Translations under genes and position numbers: made by a program
Shown: positions 39,883 through 48,076 of the stretch, piece after piece
Position numbering within the stretch: the first letter of the stretch is position 1
Layout of the letters: the number at the start of each line of letters is the position of its first letter
NCBI GenBank assembly: GCA_030148545.1
Contig: JASBTF010000002.1
Coordinates: forward strand, 49,218 to 113,217
DNA from: Pseudomonadota bacterium
GTDB lineage: Bacteria > Pseudomonadota > Alphaproteobacteria > UBA2136 > JASBTF01
Length of the DNA stretch: 64,000 nt
Reading direction: 5' to 3'
Notes under the pieces: model-generated
Told to the model about the DNA's origin: nothing
Seen by the model: only the letters and a program-made list of their open reading frames with translations
The model's database searches: none

Positions 39883-40863
39883 TTGCAGATGCGTATGGGT
39901 TACTCAGGTAAGTTTTTGGCGGTTTTAGGCGTTGTAGCAACGCTTGGTGGATGCACGACTATGCAGTCTCAGCCTGTATATGGCACACCACAGCAAGGTG
40001 GTTTTGCACAGCCACAACAGCAAGCCCCCTTCCCGTATGCGCAGCCACAAGGTCAGCAGCAAATGCCGCAACAGATGCCATTTGCACAGCAGGGCCAAAA
40101 CCCGTACGCACAACAAAGTTTTAATGCGCCAGCTCCAAGCACTGTAGAAGAGCTGAATGACCCTCTGATGGGTGAAATGGGCGCCCTGCGTGACCGTGTA
40201 ACCCGTGTTGAGCGTGCGTTGATCCGTTTGGATCGCCGTGTGCAGCTGCTTGAGCGTAATGAGCTTGGTCGGATGACGGGTGACCAAACCAGTATGGCAC
40301 CAGCCAGCCAAAATGCGCCACTACAAAGCACCGAAATTGGCCGTGCGGCACCAGCCCCACAGGCAATGAGCACACCACGTGCCGCCCAAAGCTTTGCCAT
40401 GAAGGCGAGCCCTTATGGCCAGGTGCGTCCGGTAGCTTACCCGCAGGCACAAAGCCAAGGCATTACATCTACCCTGCAGGCGGCACCACGCCCAGCAGCG
40501 CGCCAAATGGCAGCCCAACAGCAAAGCGCTTTTCAAGGCCTACCAAGCTTGGCCGACGACACTGAAAAACAAGCACAGCGTGGCGATATTGCCATTTGGA
40601 CGGTGAGCTACAGCGGTGGCAAAGTGTGGCCTGAGCGCCAAGAGCTTGCTGCCAGCCGCGATGTGGTGGAAGCACTACGCAGTGGCCAGCCAGTAGCTAT
40701 TTTTGCTCGTGGCCAGCGCCCGAACAGCAAAGAGTTCCGCGACCGTGTGCAGGCACTGAGCCGTTACTTGAGCAAAGTTGCTAACATGGAGCAAGTACCA
40801 ATTTCTACCCTGCCAGCTGACCACTTGGCTGCTGATACAATCGAGATTGTAACGACGCGTTAA
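39883..40863 (+). CDS. Gln/Pro-rich lipoprotein of unknown function
   Basis: Lipobox TLGGCTT. A low-complexity QPQQ/PFAQQ region is followed by a globular C-terminal domain. Confidence 0.6.
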   Translation: MQMRMGYSGKFLAVLGVVATLGGCTTMQSQPVYGTPQQGGFAQPQQQAPFPYAQPQGQQQMPQQMPFAQQGQNPYAQQSFNAPAPSTVEELNDPLMGEMGALRDRVTRVERALIRLDRRVQLLERNELGRMTGDQTSMAPASQNAPLQSTEIGRAAPAPQAMSTPRAAQSFAMKASPYGQVRPVAYPQAQSQGITSTLQAAPRPAARQMAAQQQSAFQGLPSLADDTEKQAQRGDIAIWTVSYSGGKVWPERQELAASRDVVEALRSGQPVAIFARGQRPNSKEFRDRVQALSRYLSKVANMEQVPISTLPADHLAADTIEIVTTR

Positions 40864-40924
40864 TAAGCCTTATTAAAGCAAGAAGCCGGCTCAGTGAGCC
40901 GGCTTCTTATATATTTAAAAGGTG

Positions 40925-41359
40925 TTAACTTAATGTTTCTTCTTCACTATCTTTAAACTCAGTGATGAGCCCCTCATAAAAATAAAAATATGGTAGAGGG
41001 TCTGCCCCAATATACAGCAAACATCTCACAAGAATGGGCGTAGCTGTCGGGTAAAAAGGAGCTGCCACATTAGAAAAGAAAGATGATTCCTCGTCCATAA
41101 TGTCTGAAAGCGCATCAGCCACACTTTCTGGTAGGTCGAGCGAGGGCTCGTCTAACTCAGCGGCTTGTGTTTCATGCTCCTCATCATCTTCTGTACTGAG
41201 GATAAAGCTGACAGTAAGTTCTAGGCTGATATGACCTGGGTCAATACCATTTTCCTCTAGCAAGGCCTTGCTTTGTTTGAGGATATCGTCTCCCATCGCA
41301 AGTATGGTAGGGTGTAGTTCGGCAGGAATTTCAAGTACATTTGGCATGATCGGCTCCAA
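40925..41359 (-). CDS. Small acidic protein (144 aa) of unknown function
   Basis: A very acidic central region (TEDDEEHETQAAELDEPSLDLPESVADALSDIMDEESS) and an aromatic C-terminus. Confidence 0.5.
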   Translation of the reverse strand: MEPIMPNVLEIPAELHPTILAMGDDILKQSKALLEENGIDPGHISLELTVSFILSTEDDEEHETQAAELDEPSLDLPESVADALSDIMDEESSFFSNVAAPFYPTATPILVRCLLYIGADPLPYFYFYEGLITEFKDSEEETLS

Positions 41360-41431
41360 TGCGGGTGGTCAAAAATAATACATGGTAAGATTTATAATGT
41401 TGAAGCTGCCTCTTGTGGGAGGCCGCTTCTT

Positions 41432-41623
41432 TTATCGGATAATGGGTTGGTTAAAGCGTTTAGGTGTTGGTTGCCGTGAATTGCGTAGTTTTTCGACACT
41501 GGGTGTAGCAGCATCAATACGTGCTTGGGCTGTTGCAATCAACTGAGCGCTTTGTTCGGGTGTAGGTACTACACCTCGCAAACCAGCACCAATTTTGGGT
41601 GCAGCTATTTTGTGAGGAGGCAT
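41432..41623 (-). CDS. Small hypothetical protein (63 aa)
   Basis: Third gene of a compact minus-strand trio. 3-nt gap to the next gene. Confidence 0.35.
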   Translation of the reverse strand: MPPHKIAAPKIGAGLRGVVPTPEQSAQLIATAQARIDAATPSVEKLRNSRQPTPKRFNQPIIR

Positions 41624-41625
41624 TT

Positions 41626-41814
41626 TTATGTCACCTTTTTATCGAAAGCTTTTGCGCAGTCAATTTCTAGTTTTGTTTCCACACTGCAGCTTTTGTAGTG
41701 CTCAATACCGTAGGATTTGGCGAGTGCTAGTACTTCCGCGGCAAAAACTTTTTCAAGCTCATCAAGAGCAAGGTTAAATGCTGCGTTATGTGCATCTTCT
41801 TCGGACTTAAACAT
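41626..41814 (-). CDS. Small hypothetical protein (62 aa)
   Basis: Second gene of the minus-strand trio. Confidence 0.35.
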   Translation of the reverse strand: MFKSEEDAHNAAFNLALDELEKVFAAEVLALAKSYGIEHYKSCSVETKLEIDCAKAFDKKVT

Positions 41815-41828
41815 GCTTTACTCCGTAA

Positions 41829-42104
41829 TTAAGAGGTTCGTTGAGCGAGAAGGTATTCGGTAAGCTCGCCTTGTGACAGGGGTTGGTGGTTATTTTGGGC
41901 AAAAATGACGCTGCGTTGCTCAAAGCTGTAGCCAGCGCGTTGGAGTGCCATGTTTTGCTGAGCAATCGCTTTGGCATGCTCCAGTGCGGGTTGGTAAACC
42001 TGTTGTGCTGTATTGGCAATGTGGGTTAGCCGGTTCTGAACATCGGTTATATTATCGTTGTCGTTAGCGGCAGGGATACCGCAAATTAAGAGTATATCAG
42101 CCAT
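41829..42104 (-). CDS. Small hypothetical protein (92 aa; start at the ATG at 42104 with a ggagat SD)
   Basis: First gene of the trio, MADILLICGIPAANDNDNITDV.... Divergent from the 42521 operon. Confidence 0.4.
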   Translation of the reverse strand: MADILLICGIPAANDNDNITDVQNRLTHIANTAQQVYQPALEHAKAIAQQNMALQRAGYSFEQRSVIFAQNNHQPLSQGELTEYLLAQRTS

Positions 42105-42520
42105 GTGGTGATCTCCGAAGCGGTAAGAAATATGTGTAGCTATTAATACCGTATGCAATAACAGCTCGCAATGGGTTTTTAGGCTTACTGGTTTGTATGG
42201 TAGTGGGAACATCGTGGTCCCTAGGTCACGGAGTGACTAGGTCCACGCGGGGGCTGGGGCTGGCCCCAGTGATGAGGGGTGGCTTTGCCAGCCCCGAAAT
42301 CATCTTAATAATGTATACCTGACGCTTGTGTAGGCGGTAAAATATGTGTTTTTTGCAAATAGGGCTTGTGCAATTTGGGTTGTGCCCTATATCGTTACAC
42401 GAACACGGTTTTTGCCACAGGTAAAAACCTGACACCTGCGCTAGGCGGCGATCTTCGCTTAGCGATTCGGGCCAGCATGTAGCTGACCTGCTGATAACGG
42501 AACGGAAAAGGAACACACCG

Positions 42521-43054
42521 ATGACTGAACAAGCACAGGCTGCACCTCAACAAGAGCAGCAACAAGCGCAACCACAAAAGAAAACCCGTAAATCTCAGTA
42601 TCAGGCACGTTTGGAGAACCAAAAAGCTCAGCTAGAGCGCCATGGTAACTTTGCTGAGGTGGTGATTCGCACCACACCAGAGGGTACCGACATGATTAAT
42701 TTTGCGCGACTGTGGGAATATGTGCTGGTTCAGGCCGACCGTAATACACGTGGTTACATTGCTAAGAGCAGTCGTGAAGACTTTGAGCAAACACGTGCTG
42801 ACTTTGAAGCAAGTGTTGACTTTATGGTGAGTAAAATTAAAGAAGCTGTGGACCGCCATGATATGGACCTAAGCGGTACCAACTTTATTTCACGCGTGGC
42901 GCAGCGTTACCACATTGCTGAACGCAAATCTAAGGCGAAACCAGCGCAGCCAAAGCAAGAAACTAGCTCTGCTGCTGAAGCAGCGCCAAAAGCTGCTGAA
43001 ACACCAGCAGAAGCGCCAGCAGCGGTAGCAACAGATGAGGTAGAGAGCTTTTAA
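42521..43054 (+). CDS. Hypothetical protein with Gln-rich N-terminal and Ala/Pro/Lys-rich C-terminal tails (177 aa)
   Basis: Clean ORF after a long regulatory gap. Confidence 0.5.
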   Translation: MTEQAQAAPQQEQQQAQPQKKTRKSQYQARLENQKAQLERHGNFAEVVIRTTPEGTDMINFARLWEYVLVQADRNTRGYIAKSSREDFEQTRADFEASVDFMVSKIKEAVDRHDMDLSGTNFISRVAQRYHIAERKSKAKPAQPKQETSSAAEAAPKAAETPAEAPAAVATDEVESF

Positions 43055-43082
43055 GCTCTTACACAGGGGGAAGGAGTAGAAA

Positions 43083-43403
43083 ATGGGTAATCAAACACTG
43101 GATATTGTAACCACTGGGTTTATGTTTTTCTCCATTATTGGGGCAGCATGGTGGGCTGGTTCGGTTATGCAAGCCGATGGTGCTGAAAAACTGGAACAAG
43201 CTTGCTACCCTGTAGGCTTTGCAACTGACCAAGTACAGCGTTTAACAACAGCGCTCGTAGGTTTTACACCACGTTGGACAGTAGCCACCAAGCAATACCT
43301 AGAGGGTGGTTGTTATTACTTCTTCTCCATTATTCTTAAGCCAGATATTGACCCTGAGACGTTGCCAGATGGGTCACCTGTTGGTGGTGTGAGAACACAA
43401 TAA
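43083..43403 (+). CDS. Small membrane protein (106 aa)
   Basis: N-terminal TM TTGFMFFSIIGAAWWAG. gggggaaggag SD. Confidence 0.5.
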   Translation: MGNQTLDIVTTGFMFFSIIGAAWWAGSVMQADGAEKLEQACYPVGFATDQVQRLTTALVGFTPRWTVATKQYLEGGCYYFFSIILKPDIDPETLPDGSPVGGVRTQ

Positions 43404-43410
43404 TTCTATT

Positions 43411-43437
43411 AAAAAGCGCCCTGCGGGGCGCTTTTTA
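43411..43437 (+). terminator. Rho-independent terminator, copy 1 of the duplicated hairpin
   Basis: aaaaagcgccc-tgcg-gggcgcttttt. An identical sequence recurs at 45270. Confidence 0.85.
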
Positions 43438-43524
43438 ATTAATCCTTGACACATTGCATACATATATCTAGTTATAGCCTGTAACATCAAGCTTTTCTTG
43501 TTTTGGCCCGTAAGGGAGCATCTT

Positions 43525-44634
43525 ATGCCTGTAATTAATATTGTAGCTGGCGTGCTTATTGTTGCGTTAGCTTTATTCTGTAAATTTTGGAGGCCGCGCG
43601 AGTTTGTGTGGTTGGAAACTGCTGCTCAAATCGCAGTGCCAGTGGTGTTTGGTGTCATCATTTTATTTGCTACACGTGGCATGCAAATGGTTGATACGGA
43701 GATTTGGAATGGTCAAGTTACCGATACACGCCAGGTGCGGGTATCGTGCGAGCACTCTTATGAGTGCTTTTGTACTGAGAGTTGCTCTGGCTCGGGTAGT
43801 AATCAGTCGTGTACGCGTATTTGTCAAACTTGTTATGACCACTCTCATGATTATGACTGGCGTGTGTATTCTGATGTTGGTGACTTCAATATCAGCCGTA
43901 TTGATCGCCAGGGGCGGCGCGAGCCACCGCGTTGGGCGGCTGTTAGACCAGGTGACCCAGTTGCGCGTGAACGTAGTTATATAAACTATGTTCAAGCTAG
44001 CCCTGATAGTTTGTTTAATGTTCAGCGTGCTGCTGATCATGAATGGGAAGTGCCTGATTATCCTAGTGTGCATGATTATCAACACGTGGACCGGGTGTTG
44101 ACCATTGATACTACTCTGTCGGATGAGCAGGTGTGGAATGACGGTTTAGCCAATATGCTGCGTACATTGGGCCCTGACAAACAGGCAAATATCATTTTGT
44201 TTGTTGTGCAGGGTATACCAGCTGAATACCGTTATGCGGTAGAAGAAGATGAGGACTGGTTGGGTGGTAACAAAAATGACGTCGTGATCTTTTTGGGTGT
44301 GGCTGAGGATGGCCTTACACTCAGTTGGGTCGATGTTATGACCTGGGCACTTAACTATCAGAACTCAGCTTTACAGCTTAACTTGCGCCGTGCTTTGCAA
44401 GGTGTGGGTGAGTTGGATGCGGCGCAAATGTTGCCGTTGATTGAAAACCATGTACGCGAAGATTTTAATCGGCCAGAAATGGCAAGCTTTGAATATCTCC
44501 GCCATAACATTCAGGTGCCGCTTTGGGTTCAGGTGGTAATGCTGTTAGTACAACTTATTGTTGCCGGTGGATTAGCCGTGTACTTCCACAGTAATGAAAT
44601 ACGAAATTGGTCACCGGCGCCGTTGCGGTGGTAA
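43525..44634 (+). CDS. Bitopic/polytopic membrane protein with a Cys-rich extracytoplasmic domain
   Basis: N-terminal TMs. The CEHSYECFCTESCSGSGSNQSCTRICQTCYDHSHDYDW cluster has 9 Cys. C-terminal TM. aagggag SD at 43512. Confidence 0.55.
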   Translation: MPVINIVAGVLIVALALFCKFWRPREFVWLETAAQIAVPVVFGVIILFATRGMQMVDTEIWNGQVTDTRQVRVSCEHSYECFCTESCSGSGSNQSCTRICQTCYDHSHDYDWRVYSDVGDFNISRIDRQGRREPPRWAAVRPGDPVARERSYINYVQASPDSLFNVQRAADHEWEVPDYPSVHDYQHVDRVLTIDTTLSDEQVWNDGLANMLRTLGPDKQANIILFVVQGIPAEYRYAVEEDEDWLGGNKNDVVIFLGVAEDGLTLSWVDVMTWALNYQNSALQLNLRRALQGVGELDAAQMLPLIENHVREDFNRPEMASFEYLRHNIQVPLWVQVVMLLVQLIVAGGLAVYFHSNEIRNWSPAPLRW

Positions 44635-44684
44635 CCAAAGAGTACTGATTATCTCTCTTTCATGCATGAAAAAAGGAGTAGCTC

Positions 44685-45245
44685 ATGCGTAATGTACTGA
44701 TTGCAATTAGCGTTGTTGTTGGTTTGGTTGTTGTCACCATTATTGGTAACATGTGGCACTATGCCTCTTATGGGGCGCGTATGGATAACCAAATTCCAAC
44801 ATCCTACGAAAACCTTCAGAACGAACGGAGCCAGTTTGGGTTGCAAGTTCGTGAAGCTGTGCAAACAACCAGTATGGCTGCCGATGACGTTGAGCGTGTT
44901 GTGACAAGCGCTATTGAAGCACGTTTTGGTGAGGATGGTAGTACAGCTGCTTTTCAGTGGTTTCAGGAGCAAAATCCGGGTTTAGATTCGAGCTTGTACA
45001 CCAACCTGCAAGACTTGATTGTAACTGGTCGGCGTGATTTTCAGCGTCAGCAAACACGCTTTCTTGATATCAAGCTTAGCTATGACAATCAAATTGATCA
45101 ACCTTGGTCGGGGTTTTGGCTCCGCCTGGTAGGTAAGCCACAAATCAATTTGGATGATTATAATATTGTCGTTTCGCGTGAAGCTCGCGAGATTTTTGAA
45201 TCTGGTGAGGATCAGGAAATTCAACTACGGCCGGATAGCAACTAA
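44685..45245 (+). CDS. N-terminally membrane-anchored protein, weakly LemA-like
   Basis: TM VLIAISVVVGLVVVTIIG, then ...YENLQNERSQ...SAIEAR... reminiscent of LemA. Weak. Confidence 0.4.
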   Translation: MRNVLIAISVVVGLVVVTIIGNMWHYASYGARMDNQIPTSYENLQNERSQFGLQVREAVQTTSMAADDVERVVTSAIEARFGEDGSTAAFQWFQEQNPGLDSSLYTNLQDLIVTGRRDFQRQQTRFLDIKLSYDNQIDQPWSGFWLRLVGKPQINLDDYNIVVSREAREIFESGEDQEIQLRPDSN

Positions 45246-45269
45246 AGCTGTTATCTCTATAACGAATGA

Positions 45270-45297
45270 AAAAGCGCCCTGCGGGGCGCTTTTTTTG
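45270..45297. terminator. Bidirectional terminator, copy 2 of the duplicated hairpin
   Basis: aaaagcgccc-tgcg-gggcgctttttttg between convergent genes. Confidence 0.85.
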
Positions 45298-45305
45298 TGG
45301 TGAGT

Positions 45306-46688
45306 TTATTTTTCGAGCTCGAGTAGCATGTCGTCTACCGCGGCAACTTTACTGCGCATTTCTGCAAGCAAGGTGGCGTCATCGTGCTGGAGTTCTACCA
45401 CGCCATCAAACGGTGGGTAGCTATCTAGGTGTTGACGCAGGTTGGGGTATTGTGTGCGGGTAAACTGCAATAGCAGGCAGTTGTTGAGCATAATTTCCCC
45501 AATGCGGAAGTTGAACAAACCGCTATCGGTGTAAATATCGTCCCACTGTTTGGTGAGAATGCCTAAGCCTTGTTCATCACAAATGTCGACCACCATGTCC
45601 CACACGGGGTGTTTGTTTTCGGTGATATCAATCAGGTTGAAAATGAGGCGTAAGTCGTTACTAATTTTGTTGCTAGCAGCGTTAATAAGGGCTGGCAAGC
45701 GCAAAACAACTTGGCCGTTACCAAGGTAGAAACCTGGCGCTTTATCGTTGAGGTCTACCGGGTTGAGGTTGAGCTCACGCACGGTGGCCACAAAGAAGTT
45801 GGTAAGCTCTTGTTGTAGGCGTGCACGTTCTTCTGGGCTGGCATCGGTTTGTGTTTCGTTATTGTGCTGTTGCAACCATTTTAAGCGTTGTTGCTCAGCT
45901 TTAAGCAGCATTTCGTGCAGGTTGCGGGTAATGGGATCGCTGTTGGCTGGCATATGCAGTGGGTCGTTGTGGTAGCGCACAGCGGTGAGCAAAGCACGGC
46001 GGATTTGGCGGTTGACATCCTTACCTTGGCTAAGACCCAAAGCACGGAAAGACGGCATTTGCGACAGGACAAAAGCGCTTAGGCCACCATGGTCCTTGCA
46101 GCGCTGCACAAATTTAATTTTATCGCGGCGCCAAAACTGCCACATCGGGAAACTGCTGCGTTTTTCTTCGAATGCATAAATTTTGCCTAAGTCAACAGCC
46201 AGTGCGGCAGCGCGGTGTAGGGGTGAGGCACCTTCGAGCCGGCGCATGGCCGCCCAGCGCTGTAAGCTGCGCTTGTATAGGGTGTCTTGCAGGTTGTTTA
46301 GGTCAGCGGGCCACGTGCGGTAACCGTTGAGGAAGCCCATGAGCTCGGCTTCTAGCGGGCTGAGAGATTCGGCTGCTGGGGTGGCGATAAGGTCGGGCAA
46401 AAATTTGGAGAGACTAACCGGGAAGTTAAAGCCGGTACCTGTTTCGTCCACGTGGGTGGCCTCGAACCCGGTTTTGGCATATTGCGCAAGTGTGATGAAC
46501 TGCGTGCAGAGCCACACAAAGAACACACCACCAAAGGTGGCACCACCAACTTGAACAACGCCACGGAAATAGTGTTGTAGGTTTAAGCCTGTTTCACCTA
46601 GCACGTAGGTGTAAATAACTTGAATGCCAGCGCCAAAAATGACCATTAAGGACACCAGAAAGGCGAAGCGGAACTTAGGATCGTACAT
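45306..46688 (-). CDS. Membrane protein (2 N-terminal TM) with a large cytoplasmic domain of unknown function. Divergent from the pilus-like operon.
   Basis: 460 aa. TMs FRFAFLVSLMVIFGAGIQVIYTYVL and GGVFFVWLCTQFITLA. No P-loop. Confidence 0.55.
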   Translation of the reverse strand: MYDPKFRFAFLVSLMVIFGAGIQVIYTYVLGETGLNLQHYFRGVVQVGGATFGGVFFVWLCTQFITLAQYAKTGFEATHVDETGTGFNFPVSLSKFLPDLIATPAAESLSPLEAELMGFLNGYRTWPADLNNLQDTLYKRSLQRWAAMRRLEGASPLHRAAALAVDLGKIYAFEEKRSSFPMWQFWRRDKIKFVQRCKDHGGLSAFVLSQMPSFRALGLSQGKDVNRQIRRALLTAVRYHNDPLHMPANSDPITRNLHEMLLKAEQQRLKWLQQHNNETQTDASPEERARLQQELTNFFVATVRELNLNPVDLNDKAPGFYLGNGQVVLRLPALINAASNKISNDLRLIFNLIDITENKHPVWDMVVDICDEQGLGILTKQWDDIYTDSGLFNFRIGEIMLNNCLLLQFTRTQYPNLRQHLDSYPPFDGVVELQHDDATLLAEMRSKVAAVDDMLLELEK

Positions 46689-46819
46689 GGTTTTTTTACC
46701 ACACCTGTTTTAGTCAATGACCACTTACTGTGCGTGGTCGGGTTGCTGTTGCCTCTAGGCTTGCCGTACAAATAGAGCGCAGTCAAGTTATTGATGACCA
46801 ATTGCGCGCAAAACGGATA

Positions 46820-48076
46820 ATGTTGATGATGACAAAACACAAAATTTTAAACGTAACCACCCTACTAAGCTCGGTGCTCATAGCGAGTGCTGCCCATGCG
46901 GCGCCAGTACCTGGTTACATTCCACCAGTAACGTACAGTACCGCACCGGCTTATGCCGATGATACACGCGGAGTGTTTGTGCCAAGCCACGAACAACATC
47001 GCCTGCGTACCAGCCGCGAACTGGAGCTGGCGGCAAACCCGCCACGTGGTAACGACACCCCACTATACGCACAGGAAAATCCAAATGTGGATGCGTATGA
47101 AAAGCAGTTGAACATGATTTCTAGCGGTGTGAATAACTATGCGAGCGAGATGGACCGTATTGCAACCAACCCAGGTATGTTGAACGGTGGTGAAGCAAGC
47201 GCAGATGCACACCTGTACGATAGCAGCCAGTTTCCTGCTACAATGCCGGCGCAAGCGCCACAGCAAGCCCCAATAATGGCTGTGCCTGTTCAGCAGGTAC
47301 CACAAGGTTTCCAAATTGCACAAATGCAACCACAACAGCCTTACATGCCTAGCCAAAACATGAACATGCCAGCCGCCGTACCGCTAATGGATGGGGGTGT
47401 TGAAATGGCTGTGGGTAAGGTAAATACACACCCGCTGGATATGCACAACAGCTTGGTACGCATTAAGGAAGATCGTATTAGCATTCGCCGCACCCTGCAG
47501 CGCATGATGGACCAAATTGGTGCTGGCGACTGGCAAATTGTGTGGGATTTAGCCGAGCATAATGCCGCGTTGCCTGATACTGAAATTGCTATTGAAACCG
47601 AAGAGCCATTTGTGAATGTGTTGAACGCAATGCTCGCACGCATGCAGACCCGTAGTGGTCAGCCGCTGCGGGTGATTCGTTACGACCGTACCAAGCGTTT
47701 GGTTATTACTGACCGCCAAGGTGGTCACCAACTGGCAGAGAGTGTATCGCCTGTAGGTGTGGAAAAAACCGCTAAGCTGGCTGTAACCGAAGATGTGCTG
47801 CGCGAAGCTATGGTGAGCTTGCACTACGATGAAGTGCCACTGGTAGACGCGTTGGAGAATATTATTAACCAAGCTGGTCGTGGTGAATGGCGCTTGCGTA
47901 TGTACGCTGGGTTAGACCAAGTGCTGCGCCCTGCGCACATTGAAGAGCCATTTAGTGTGGCGATGGACCGCCTGCTGCGCCTATTTAACTTGAAATACGA
48001 AGTATTCCCTGGCGGCAAGCTGGTGGTGGTAACACAAGATAACTCCTTTGGATTTAATAAGTTAGGCGCCCAATAA
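46820..48076 (+). CDS. Secreted protein with C-terminal tandem PilL/TcpQ/STN-like domains (secretin-associated, pilotin-like?)
   Basis: Signal peptide MLMMTKHKILNVTTLLSSVLIASAAHA. Two C-terminal copies of an ...VNVLNAMLARM...RLVITD / ...VDALENIINQAG...KLVVVTQD module. taATGa overlap with the secretin gene. Confidence 0.5.
   Translation: MLMMTKHKILNVTTLLSSVLIASAAHAAPVPGYIPPVTYSTAPAYADDTRGVFVPSHEQHRLRTSRELELAANPPRGNDTPLYAQENPNVDAYEKQLNMISSGVNNYASEMDRIATNPGMLNGGEASADAHLYDSSQFPATMPAQAPQQAPIMAVPVQQVPQGFQIAQMQPQQPYMPSQNMNMPAAVPLMDGGVEMAVGKVNTHPLDMHNSLVRIKEDRISIRRTLQRMMDQIGAGDWQIVWDLAEHNAALPDTEIAIETEEPFVNVLNAMLARMQTRSGQPLRVIRYDRTKRLVITDRQGGHQLAESVSPVGVEKTAKLAVTEDVLREAMVSLHYDEVPLVDALENIINQAGRGEWRLRMYAGLDQVLRPAHIEEPFSVAMDRLLRLFNLKYEVFPGGKLVVVTQDNSFGFNKLGAQ

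Noticed and set aside
42226-42677. Three 72-96-aa minus-strand ORFs
   Set aside because: They fall in the repeat/palindrome-rich divergent control region. Cys/Arg/Leu-rich nonsense translations.
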